DNA from: Methanocellales archaeon
GTDB lineage: Archaea > Halobacteriota > JAWCLZ01
NCBI GenBank assembly: GCA_038850285.1
Contig: JAWCMA010000012.1
Coordinates: 8,492-35,643 of the forward strand
Direction: 5' to 3'
Length of the DNA: 27,152 bases
Positions 1 through 8,771 of this stretch are shown one piece after another. Numbering within the stretch: the first letter of the stretch is position 1; every line of letters starts with the position of its first letter. The position numbers and the translations under genes were made by a program. The notes below the pieces were generated by a model. The model was not told the origin of the DNA, ran no database searches, and worked only from the letters and a program-made list of their open reading frames with translations.

Positions 1-297
1 AATGTTGAAGCCCTCTGGCTTCATCGTTTGATTTAAAACTGCTAGGCTTTGCTTAACCAACTCGAAGAACTCCTGGGTTTCTTGTTTGCTTAAGTCTTGC
101 AACCTCAAGATATGGCGATAGGGCGCGATCATTATATGGCCATTATTATAGGGATAGGCATTTAAGATAACGAAGCATTTCTCCCCTTTATATACCACTA
201 GTTCTTCATCTTCCTTCGACTCGAGGCAAAGGAAGCATCTCTGCTTTTTCTTAGATTTAATATATTTCATTCGCCACGGAGCCCAGAGCTGTTTCAT
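1..297 (-). CDS. HIT family hydrolase (Ap4A phosphorylase/FHIT-like), 3' end truncated by window edge
   Basis: Not in the ORF track. Hand translation from ATG 297: MKQLWAPWRMKYIKSKKKQRCFLC...FVILNAYPYNNGHIMIAPYRH...MKPEGFNI. The LWAPWR, CxxC, LNxYPYxxGH and GFNI motifs are typical of this HIT subfamily; the HxHxH triad would lie beyond the edge. Confidence 0.9.
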   Translation of the reverse strand, partial: MKQLWAPWRMKYIKSKKKQRCFLCLESKEDEELVVYKGEKCFVILNAYPYNNGHIMIAPYRHILRLQDLSKQETQEFFELVKQSLAVLNQTMKPEGFNI

Positions 298-314
298 AGC
301 AGTTGGTTTTAACC

Positions 315-1466
315 TCAACTATATTTATGCTTTGGGATTTCCCTGCTAATTGGAATTGCCACGATGAGGCTAATCAAACCTGCAATTATATATGGCCACT
401 CCCCGCCTAGATTTTGAGCTGCAATTCCTCCAATCAGCGGTCCCAAGGTCCATCCAATGCCAAAGCTTGTTTCAACTGCGCCTATTGCAAGGCCAATTTT
501 TTCTCTTGGAATCATCTTTGAAACTGCAGCTATGCTAATGGGCGAGAGAATGCCTAGAGCGAGTCCAAGCAGAGCCATGCCAGATATTAGAGCCCAGAAA
601 CTCTGGAGATAGGGCAGGAGCAATAATATTATAGCTTGAGCAAGTAGAGCTATCAATATAGCTTTTTTCTCCCCAATCTTAGAAATTGCTTCTGATTGAA
701 GAAAAACCGCTACTCTAACTAAGCCCAGAGCTGCGAAGAGAATGCCAATCTCAAGGGAAGTAATGCCTTTCAAGCTGGCATAAGCTGGGAAGAGGGAGAA
801 AACAGTGCCCAGTGCAAGGCTGTAGCTTGTGATTGAAAGGTAGATCGCTGCAAGTGTTTTCTTTGAAAAATTAAATGGAGAATATTTAACTTCTCTCTTC
901 ACGCTGGGAATTTTCAAGCAATGCACCGCTATAGCTGTGGCGAAGAGGCCAGTTATGAAAGAGAGCAAAAAGAGCAGGTTAAAATCAGTTTTTTCAAGGA
1001 TTAATCCTCCAATTGCAGGCCCGATTAAGAAGCCAATTCCCCAGGAGAAGCTATATCTGCCCATTGCCCTTGCCCTCGCTTCATTGGTAGTTATATCTGA
1101 GATTATTGCCTCCACCGTTGGCCACATCATTGCATAGGCTATGCCTCCAAAGATTCGAATAGCTATTAAATGGGATACATTTTGAGCGAAGGGAAAAAGA
1201 GCTGCATTTAAAGCGCTGCTTCCAATGCCTATGAAAAATATCCACTGTCTATTTATCTTCCGCGAAAGCAAGCCAATTGAAACAGGCAGGAATGCATAGG
1301 GCAGAGCCCAAGCAGAGCCTATTATTCCCAAGTCGAAGTAGGAAGCACCGAGGTGCTGAGCATAAAGCGGGATGAGGGGATTATAAGCGCCCAAGCTGAG
1401 TGAAATTAAAAAGATGGAAACATAGATCCAGAGGAGTACATCTTGCTTGGGATTCATCGAAATCAT
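315..1466 (-). CDS. Major facilitator superfamily transporter
   Basis: 383 aa with about 12 hydrophobic segments. It has a motif A-like GLLSRKINRQ, RIFGGIA and GPAIGGLI/GPLIGGIA repeats. The start could be ATG 1457. Confidence 0.9.
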   Translation of the reverse strand: MISMNPKQDVLLWIYVSIFLISLSLGAYNPLIPLYAQHLGASYFDLGIIGSAWALPYAFLPVSIGLLSRKINRQWIFFIGIGSSALNAALFPFAQNVSHLIAIRIFGGIAYAMMWPTVEAIISDITTNEARARAMGRYSFSWGIGFLIGPAIGGLILEKTDFNLLFLLSFITGLFATAIAVHCLKIPSVKREVKYSPFNFSKKTLAAIYLSITSYSLALGTVFSLFPAYASLKGITSLEIGILFAALGLVRVAVFLQSEAISKIGEKKAILIALLAQAIILLLLPYLQSFWALISGMALLGLALGILSPISIAAVSKMIPREKIGLAIGAVETSFGIGWTLGPLIGGIAAQNLGGEWPYIIAGLISLIVAIPISREIPKHKYS

Positions 1467-1502
1467 AATCTAAATATTCCTGCGCTGTGATATTGCTTTT
1501 GC

Positions 1503-2015
1503 ATGCTTAGAATCGCCATCACAGGCAGACCTGGGATTGGAAAGTCAACTTTATGTAAAAAAGTTATTGCCAACTCGAGAAAAAAAGCAGGTGGGATGAT
1601 AAGTGGAGATATAAGAGCCGGGAGGCAGAGGGTGGGATTTGAGATAGTAGACATCGCAACTGGTAAAAAAGGCATACTTGCGCATGTGAATCAGAAGCAT
1701 GGCCCCGCTGTAGGCAAATATCGGGTGAATCTCAAAGATTTAAATGAAGTAGGCGTTGAAGCGATTAAGAATGCTTTGAATTTTGATTTAATAGTAATAG
1801 ATGAAATTGCTCCAATGGAGCTATATTCAAGGGATTTCATATCTGCAGTTGAAACCGCGCTGGAGAGCAGTAAATCCATGCTAGTTGCATTTCACCAGCG
1901 TTCATCTCATGCTTTAATCCAGAAAATTCGCTCCACCTTTGAGGTATATTTACTCAATGAGCAGAATAGAGATTCCCTCGCTGTGCAGATCGTGGAGAGA
2001 TTGAATGCTGATTAA
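1503..2015 (+). CDS. Nucleoside triphosphatase (THEP1/NTPase_1 family)
   Basis: Walker A ITGRPGIGKST, R.GF motif, VGKYRV and Walker B LIVIDEIAPMEL. Confidence 0.92.
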   Translation: MLRIAITGRPGIGKSTLCKKVIANSRKKAGGMISGDIRAGRQRVGFEIVDIATGKKGILAHVNQKHGPAVGKYRVNLKDLNEVGVEAIKNALNFDLIVIDEIAPMELYSRDFISAVETALESSKSMLVAFHQRSSHALIQKIRSTFEVYLLNEQNRDSLAVQIVERLNAD

Positions 2016-3087
2016 AGAAGGTCAAGTGCAGATCAATCTAAGCAAGGCCTTTTATAATCCAAGGATGGAACTGAATCGAGATATAAGTATAGCGTGCATC
2101 GCGGCTTTCTCCAACCCAGAGATGACATTTCTCGATGCATTAGCTTCAACTGGAATTCGCGGCATTAGAATTGCGAAAGAGGTTGGACTCAAATGCACTG
2201 TGAATGATATAAGTCCTAGCGCTTATGAAGTAATTAAGCAAAATATAGCACTCAATCGCGTGGAAGGTAAGGCTATACCAAGCAATATAAATGCAAATAT
2301 ACTGCTCTCACAGGAGTACTTTGAAATCGTTGATATCGATCCCTTTGGCTCTCCAGTACCATTTCTCGATGCAGCTTGTAAATCAGCTAGAAAATTGCTT
2401 TGCATCACCGCAACAGATACCGCTCCCCTCTGCGGCTCGCACCTCAAAGCAGGCATTCGCAATTATCAAGCATTCCCGCTTAAAACTGAATATTACAATG
2501 AAGTTGGAGTGCGAATATTAATTGGCAAAATCGCGCGGGAGTTGGCTGAGTATGATAAAGCAGCGAAGCCTTTGCTTTCATATGCCGAGCAGCATTACTA
2601 CAGAGTTTATATAAAGATCGAGGAGGGAGCTGCTAGAGCAAATGGAGCCATGGAAAAACTAGGCTATTTCCAGCATTGCTTCACCTGCTTATATAGAGCA
2701 CCTTTTCCAGGGTTCATTCCACAGCTGCCAGCTTCATGCCCAAATTGCGGGGGGAGTTTGAAAGCTGGAGGAATGCTCTGGCTTGGCGAGCTCAGCGATA
2801 AAAGGTTTTTGAGCAAGGTTTTAAGGGAAATTGAGAAAAGAGAGCTTGGGAAAAAAGAGCAGGCCAAGAAATTACTCTCGCTATGCAGGGAAGAACTTCA
2901 GGTTTTCTCCTACTACAACCATCACAAGCTATGCAAATTGCTTAAAATAGCGCCTCTTGAAATGGAAGGAGTTATAGCAAAGCTTTTGAATTGCGGATAT
3001 AAAGCAAGTAGAACGCATTTCTCAGGCGTGGGCTTTAAAACAACAGCAAATGTGAAGGAAATTATGGAGCTATTGAAGAACCGATGA
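2005..3087 (+). CDS. trm1: tRNA (guanine-26-N2)-dimethyltransferase
   Basis: FYNPRMELNRD, LDALASTGIRGIR, VDIDPFGSP, ITATDTAPLCG, CxxC...CPNC zinc finger and SRTHF. Confidence 0.96.
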   Translation: MLIKEGQVQINLSKAFYNPRMELNRDISIACIAAFSNPEMTFLDALASTGIRGIRIAKEVGLKCTVNDISPSAYEVIKQNIALNRVEGKAIPSNINANILLSQEYFEIVDIDPFGSPVPFLDAACKSARKLLCITATDTAPLCGSHLKAGIRNYQAFPLKTEYYNEVGVRILIGKIARELAEYDKAAKPLLSYAEQHYYRVYIKIEEGAARANGAMEKLGYFQHCFTCLYRAPFPGFIPQLPASCPNCGGSLKAGGMLWLGELSDKRFLSKVLREIEKRELGKKEQAKKLLSLCREELQVFSYYNHHKLCKLLKIAPLEMEGVIAKLLNCGYKASRTHFSGVGFKTTANVKEIMELLKNR

Positions 3088-3088
3088 G

Positions 3089-4348
3089 TTATTCAATTTC
3101 CCCTCGCTTGAATTTCTCCCTGCCACTGAGAGGCATGGTGGCATCTATCCCAATCTTAGTACTCGTTCCATCTTCGGCAATAGCTGGGTCTAGAGATGAA
3201 CCTCTAGCGCGGGGTATTATCAGCACATCTCTATCTCCCCGCACGCGCGTGGCAATTGCATATTCCACTTCCAGTGGATTGAAAATATCGATGTCTTCAT
3301 CAACCACCACAACGTGCTTCAAACTTGGGTGAGCCGTGAAACTAGCTAAGATCGCATTTTTGCCATCGCCCTCGGTCTGCTTCTCTATCTGCACAACCGC
3401 GTGGAAATAGCAGCATCCCCCCTCGGTGAGCAATACATTTTTCACCTGAGCCACCTCGCTAACTGTGGTATAAATTTTAGGCTCATAGGGCACGCCCATG
3501 AGCAGTTTATGCTCACTTCCACTTGGTAGTATGCCTTGATAGATCGCATCTCTGCGCATGTATATCCTATCAAGCTTTATAACCGGCTCTTCTCTGGCTA
3601 TATCAAATGTACCAGTTATATCTACAAATGGCCCTTCTCTGGCTCTCAACTCAGGATCGATATAGCCCTCTAATACTATTTCAGCATCGGGCACTTGAAC
3701 GCCATTCTCAATTTCATATAGCTCCAGGGATTTTCTCGCGAGTGCGCTGGCATATTCAAATTCCTTGCACGCTGGCACTCTTGTGCATGCTGCGAGCATG
3801 AAAAGAGGATCCACTCCAATTACAACCGCGATGGGTAGTTGCTTGCGCTGCTTTGCGGCTTTTTTATGCAGCATATAGCAATGCCTAGGTGGGACTAGTC
3901 TAACGGCCAGAGTTCTCTCATCCAGTACGAGCATGCGATGCACAGAAGCATTGTATTCCTCGCCGTACTTTGAAATCACAATGCCCGCGGTTATATATTT
4001 CCCCGCGTCCCCTCTATAATGGCGCATTATGGGAAGCTTAGAAAGATCAGCCTTAAACTGCCTCTCTAGAAAGGGCATCTCTTCCACAATTTTTATTTCC
4101 CCCTCGGGTTTTACACCTGCAAGATATCTCACTATTTCTTCTCTGCGTACCCCGAGAGCTAGTGCAAGTACTTCTCGGCTTGAAATTACATTCATCGCTG
4201 CTTGCCTTCCAGCCACGTTTTTGAAGAAAATCGGCTTAGCATTTTGCTTTGCAATTCTAGGCGCTTCAAATTCAGGGGAAACTTTTTCCTCGATATAGAT
4301 GAGCAATTTCTCTTGCTTTAATTTCTCCAGAAAATCTCTTAGACTCAT
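3089..4348 (-). CDS. ubiD: UbiD family prFMN-dependent decarboxylase (probably the archaeal anhydromevalonate-phosphate decarboxylase type)
   Basis: MSLRDFLEKL N-terminus, AEIVLEG, EGPFVDITG, GGCCYFHAVVQIEKQTEGDGKNAI, VVVVDEDIDI and GSSLDP. ATG 4348 overlaps the ubiX stop (ATGA), so it is preferred over 4357. Confidence 0.93.
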   Translation of the reverse strand: MSLRDFLEKLKQEKLLIYIEEKVSPEFEAPRIAKQNAKPIFFKNVAGRQAAMNVISSREVLALALGVRREEIVRYLAGVKPEGEIKIVEEMPFLERQFKADLSKLPIMRHYRGDAGKYITAGIVISKYGEEYNASVHRMLVLDERTLAVRLVPPRHCYMLHKKAAKQRKQLPIAVVIGVDPLFMLAACTRVPACKEFEYASALARKSLELYEIENGVQVPDAEIVLEGYIDPELRAREGPFVDITGTFDIAREEPVIKLDRIYMRRDAIYQGILPSGSEHKLLMGVPYEPKIYTTVSEVAQVKNVLLTEGGCCYFHAVVQIEKQTEGDGKNAILASFTAHPSLKHVVVVDEDIDIFNPLEVEYAIATRVRGDRDVLIIPRARGSSLDPAIAEDGTSTKIGIDATMPLSGREKFKRGEIE

Positions 4349-4902
4349 ATACCCCACCTTTTATATAAGTGATGCTCAAGCTGGAGAAGATCAAGTACTC
4401 TGCCTACGATGAAATCAATTAAATCCCCTACTTTTTCATATTTGATGTAAAATGCAGGTGAAGCTGGCATAATTATTGCACCAGCTTTCTTGGCTTTCAG
4501 CATGTTCTCAATGTGCATTACACTAAGAGGAGTTTCTCTAATCACGAGTATTAGCTTGCGCTCTTCCTTCAAGCAGACATCAGCAGCTCTGGTTATTAGA
4601 TTATCTGCAAAGCCATTTGCAATTGCAGCTAGGGTTTTCATGCTGCAGGGTATTATAACCATGGCATCCAATTTATAAGAACCACTCGACAGGGGGGCTA
4701 GTAATTCATCTTCTTCATAAGAATAATTTGCCAGTGCTGTGATCTCTTCAATGGTTTTATTGCTCTCTAGCTTTATTATCTGCTTGGCATTTTTGGAAAT
4801 TATAAGATAGCTTTCAACCTCTGGGTAATTATGGAGCACTTCAAGCAATCGAATGCCATATAGCACTCCACTTGCACCTGTAATTGCAACGGCGATTTTC
4901 AA
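4345..4902 (-). CDS. ubiX: Flavin prenyltransferase UbiX
   Basis: VAITGASG, SSGS, PCSMKTLAAIANG, DNLITRAADV, RETPL and PASPAFY. TTG start preceded by GGAGGAG. Confidence 0.96.
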   Translation of the reverse strand: MKIAVAITGASGVLYGIRLLEVLHNYPEVESYLIISKNAKQIIKLESNKTIEEITALANYSYEEDELLAPLSSGSYKLDAMVIIPCSMKTLAAIANGFADNLITRAADVCLKEERKLILVIRETPLSVMHIENMLKAKKAGAIIMPASPAFYIKYEKVGDLIDFIVGRVLDLLQLEHHLYKRWGI

Positions 4903-5055
4903 GTTCTCTCCTCCGCTATAACAGCATTTTTCCTCCCGAGTTTTTTAGCCAAGAACCAAATTTTTCTACCCTCGCCCTTTATAAGCGAGATCTCGCTCGT
5001 CAAAATATTGCACCCAAGCAGAATTGGAACTATGCAGATATAAAATTTCCCACCA

Positions 5056-5700
5056 CTATAATTTGCCCTCTATCTCTTTTCGCAAGCGCTCGTAGAATTT
5101 AACTGTGAATCTATGTCTCCCCCTCGCGATCTCCCGAGCTGTCTTGGTTTGGAGGTGTGCTTTTATTTTGCTTAATTTTACAGTGAATTCCACTACAGGT
5201 GTATGCTCTAAATCAATTTGCTTTTTCAATTCAAATTTATTCGCCTTGCTTGGGTCAGTGTATAATCTCTGGCCTCTTTCCCCTCCATATGAGTAAGCTC
5301 TAGCTATTCCTATGGCTCCAATTGCATCGAGTTTATCAGCGTCATAAAGAATCTTCGCTTCCAAGCTGCGTGGCTTTAAATTGCCTCTGAATCTATGGCT
5401 CTCTATGCAGTGCAGCACAGCTTCTATCTTGCTTTTTGGAAAGCCGCAGTCCATTAAAATTTTCCTCGCAAGCAGTGCACCCTTCTCAGCGTGACACTCG
5501 CCGGTTTTTTCCTCCCCCATTCTTCCAATGTCATGGAGCAGTGCTGCTGCACGTAGAATCTCAAGATCTGCTTTTTCAGCCCTGCCTATTCGCTCCACTA
5601 AGCGCAGCACTCGCTTTACATGGTCAAAATCGTGAGCGGGTTTAGAACCTTGCATGTATTCTTGTGCAGCTTTCTCTATTCGCTCAAGATAGCCAGCCAT
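5056..5700 (-). CDS. HD domain metal-dependent phosphohydrolase (YedJ/YpgQ-like)
   Basis: AHDFDHVKRV, LLHDIG, HAEKGA, IESHRF and DADKLDAIGAIGIAR. Confidence 0.92.
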   Translation of the reverse strand: MAGYLERIEKAAQEYMQGSKPAHDFDHVKRVLRLVERIGRAEKADLEILRAAALLHDIGRMGEEKTGECHAEKGALLARKILMDCGFPKSKIEAVLHCIESHRFRGNLKPRSLEAKILYDADKLDAIGAIGIARAYSYGGERGQRLYTDPSKANKFELKKQIDLEHTPVVEFTVKLSKIKAHLQTKTAREIARGRHRFTVKFYERLRKEIEGKL

Positions 5701-5739
5701 ATTTTTTTAGATAACGCAGAGCGATAAATTTTTTTCCAT

Positions 5740-6165
5740 CTAGCGCAGCTTTAATTCTCTTATGAATTCTCTTATTATGGAAGCGCATTCTTGCACACTG
5801 CGATATCTATGTATTCTAATCTTGGGAGAGGTATTTCCATTTATCACTGTAGAAAGATCTATCTCCTCATAGCACAGGCAAAGCGTGGGCTTGTGTAAAT
5901 GGAGAGCCTCGCAGATTTCATAACCAACTCCCAGACTTGGCATTGAAACCTCAGCGACTACAAAATCTGCTTTCTCAAGTGACTTGAGATCGCGCTCAAA
6001 GATTTGCTGCTTGGTCAAGCCCAGCTCAAGTGCGCCATCAATCACGTGCTGAGTAAGCACATCAATATTCATTTCCTCAAGCTGTTTTACTATTGCCTTA
6101 TACTCCTTAAGATATTTCCTCCCTCCCTTCATAGCTCCTGCGAAATATGCCTTTAATTTCCCCAT
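5740..6165 (-). CDS. 2'-deoxynucleoside 5'-phosphate N-hydrolase (DNPH1/Rcl-like; nucleoside 2-deoxyribosyltransferase fold)
   Basis: YFAGAMKGGR, VLTQHV, IFERDLKSLEKADFVVAEVSMPSLGVGYEI and LSTVING follow the DNPH1/Rcl motif series, including the catalytic Glu in GVGYE. Confidence 0.88.
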   Translation of the reverse strand: MGKLKAYFAGAMKGGRKYLKEYKAIVKQLEEMNIDVLTQHVIDGALELGLTKQQIFERDLKSLEKADFVVAEVSMPSLGVGYEICEALHLHKPTLCLCYEEIDLSTVINGNTSPKIRIHRYRSVQECASIIREFIRELKLR

Positions 6166-6167
6166 CC

Positions 6168-6986
6168 TTAGATCACAAGCTTATCTCTCACTTTAGAATA
6201 AAAGTCCTTGGTGGTTTTAATGAAAAACGCTGGTGAACTTGATTTAGTGAATTTGATTTTATCATGCATTCTAACAATTTGCTTGAACTGGCCATCTATA
6301 ACTACAACCGATTCCTTATCAGGGCGGAGTATTTCAACTGTGATCTCACTTTTAGCCGGCACCACCCAAGGTCTAGCGGAGAGCTTGAAGGGCGCCAGCG
6401 GCACTATAATAAAAGCATCCACTCTGGGATCAATTATGGGTCCACCTGCGCTCATAGCATATGCTGTTGAACCAGTTGGAGTAGCTATAACCACGCCATC
6501 AGCTCGGAATTCATCAAGTTTTCGATTATCAATTGCAATTTTAAAGTGACTTATCTTAGCAGGTCTAGCAGTCACAATTACCGCTTCATTCACCGCTGGT
6601 GGAAGTGGTTTTTCATTTATGCTAACCGCTAATCGCGTGCGCTCTTCAACTTCGAAGCCCTGTAGCAGCGAGTTAATTTCTGAAACAGCATCCTCTGGAT
6701 GTAGGTCAGTTAAAAAACCTACTTCACCTAGGTTCACGCCAATTACTGGAACTGGTTTAATGAGTTTTTGGAGAGTGCGCAGTACTGTGCCATCTCCACC
6801 TATTATCACCATTAAATCCACCTTCATCCTTCCAATGGGCCTAGCTTTACCCCCAAGGGCTAGAGAAGTTTTTGGGTCTAGAGTGAAATCCACCTTTCCC
6901 TTAAATGCAGTTATTATTTTTCTAGCTATCTCAACTGCTTCTTTTGACTCGGGCTTTGTTACAATTGCAAGTCTTTTTAACTGCAT
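6168..6986 (-). CDS. nadK: NAD(+) kinase
   Basis: GGDGTVL, GVNLGEVGFL, NE motif (AVNEAV) and ADGVVIATPTGSTAYAMSAGGP. Confidence 0.96.
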   Translation of the reverse strand: MQLKRLAIVTKPESKEAVEIARKIITAFKGKVDFTLDPKTSLALGGKARPIGRMKVDLMVIIGGDGTVLRTLQKLIKPVPVIGVNLGEVGFLTDLHPEDAVSEINSLLQGFEVEERTRLAVSINEKPLPPAVNEAVIVTARPAKISHFKIAIDNRKLDEFRADGVVIATPTGSTAYAMSAGGPIIDPRVDAFIIVPLAPFKLSARPWVVPAKSEITVEILRPDKESVVVIDGQFKQIVRMHDKIKFTKSSSPAFFIKTTKDFYSKVRDKLVI

Positions 6987-7020
6987 TGCAATAAATAAAT
7001 GCCAGTTCTAATATAAAGAA

Positions 7021-7088
7021 ACTTGCAATCCATATTGCAAAAGCGGATATGGATATGCAATATGCAATATGCAGAAACCCTTTTATAG
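7021..7088 (+). promoter_or_regulatory. Thermosome promoter: BRE/TATA with upstream (ATATGCA)3 repeat and imperfect inverted repeat
   Basis: GCAGAAACCC-TTTTATAG at 7071-7088, ATATGCA x3 at 7053-7073, TTGCAA-N6-TTGCAA at 7023-7040, and RBS GGAGGTG at 7109-7115. Confidence 0.65.
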
Positions 7089-7120
7089 AACTATAATGCT
7101 ATTTCACTGGAGGTGTGCAT

Positions 7121-8755
7121 ATGGTAAATCAATTAACAGGGCAACCTGTTCTCATTCTGCAAGAGGGTGCTAGGCGAACAAGAGGCAGAGAAGCTCAAAG
7201 TTTCAATATACTTGCAGCGCGCATAGTCGCTGATGCTGTTCGAACTACTCTCGGTCCAAAGGGTATGGATAAAATGCTAGTTGATAGCTTGGGCGATGTG
7301 GTGATAACCAACGATGGTGCTACTATTTTGAAGGAAATGGATATAGAGCATCCTGCGGCGAAGATGATGGTTGAAATTGCAAAAACCCAGGATGAAGAAG
7401 CTGGAGATGGCACCACCACAGCAGTTGTGCTAGCTGGCGAGCTGCTTAAAAAGGCAGAGGAGCTATTGGAACAAGAGATCCATCCTTCGAGTGTAGTAAC
7501 GGGATATAGAATGGCTGCCCAAAAGGCAGCTGAGATTTTAAAGAGCCTTGCAACTCAAATTTCACTTGATGATGAAGCTAAATTATTAAAATTAGCTGAA
7601 ACTGCAATTACTGGTAAAGGAGCGGAAATTGCTAGAGAATGGCTCTCAAAACTTGCAGTAAAAGCTGTGAAAGCAATAGCTGAGAGGGAAAATGGAAAGA
7701 TAGCTGTGGACATGGACAATATTCAAGTGGAAAAGAAAACTGGCGGGAGTATAGCTGATAGCGCATTAATCGAAGGAGTAATTATAGATAAAGAGCGCGT
7801 GCATAGTGCTATGCCTAAGCGAGTGGAAGAGGCGAAGATAGCCTTGCTTGATGCATCCATCGAATTGGAAAAGCCAGAGTTGAAGGCTGAGATTGCAATT
7901 ACCTCACCTGATCAACTAAGGGCATTTCTAGAGGAAGAAGAAAAAATGCTTAAAGGTGCAGTGGATAAAATCATTGCCTCTGGAGCTAATGTTTTATTCT
8001 GCCAGAAGGGCATCGACGATCTTGCTCAGCATTATCTCGCGGAGGCTAAGATTCTTGCAGTTCGCAGAGTTAAAAAAAGCGATATGGAGAAACTGGCAAA
8101 GGCAAGCGGAGGAAGGATTGTCAATAACATCGAGGCGCTATCAAGTGCCGATTTAGGCCTCGCTGGTCTTGTTGAGGAGCGTAAAATAGGGGAAGATGAG
8201 TTGGTCTTTGTGGAGCAGTGCAAAAATCCAAAAGCAGTTTCCCTGCTATTGAGAGGCGGATCTGAGCATGTTGTCGATGAAATCGAGCGAGGGGTAAATG
8301 ATGCTCTTCGCGTGGTGGGCGTGGCACTTGAGGACGGGAAAATAGTTGCAGGTGGAAGCTCAGCGGAGATAGAACTTGCATTGCGTTTAAGAGAATATGC
8401 GGCCACAGTTGGCGGGAGGGAGCAGCTTGCAGTGGAGGCATTTGCAAGTGCAATGGAGATAATCCCGCGCTCCCTAGCTGAAAATGCAGGTTTGGATACC
8501 ATTGATACCTTAGTTGAACTTCGATCTCAGCACGAGCTGGGTAATAAACATGCAGGCATAAATGTCTTCACAGGCAAGGTTGTTGACATGCTAAGGGAAG
8601 GAGTCATAGAACCCTTGCGTGTTAAAACCCAAGCCATTAGTTTGGCTTGTGAGGCAGCTACGATGATTTTAAGAATAGATGACATCATATCTGCAAAGGG
8701 AATTAAACCAAGGACTACTGCACCAGGGGAGGGTGGAGTGCCTCCAATGATGTAG
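7121..8755 (+). CDS. ths: Thermosome (group II chaperonin) subunit
   Basis: [44 protein letters not shown] and a G/P/M-rich tail. ATG 7121 follows RBS GGAGGTG. Confidence 0.98.
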   Translation: MVNQLTGQPVLILQEGARRTRGREAQSFNILAARIVADAVRTTLGPKGMDKMLVDSLGDVVITNDGATILKEMDIEHPAAKMMVEIAKTQDEEAGDGTTTAVVLAGELLKKAEELLEQEIHPSSVVTGYRMAAQKAAEILKSLATQISLDDEAKLLKLAETAITGKGAEIAREWLSKLAVKAVKAIAERENGKIAVDMDNIQVEKKTGGSIADSALIEGVIIDKERVHSAMPKRVEEAKIALLDASIELEKPELKAEIAITSPDQLRAFLEEEEKMLKGAVDKIIASGANVLFCQKGIDDLAQHYLAEAKILAVRRVKKSDMEKLAKASGGRIVNNIEALSSADLGLAGLVEERKIGEDELVFVEQCKNPKAVSLLLRGGSEHVVDEIERGVNDALRVVGVALEDGKIVAGGSSAEIELALRLREYAATVGGREQLAVEAFASAMEIIPRSLAENAGLDTIDTLVELRSQHELGNKHAGINVFTGKVVDMLREGVIEPLRVKTQAISLACEAATMILRIDDIISAKGIKPRTTAPGEGGVPPMM

Positions 8756-8771
8756 GGCTTGTTGGTTAGCA

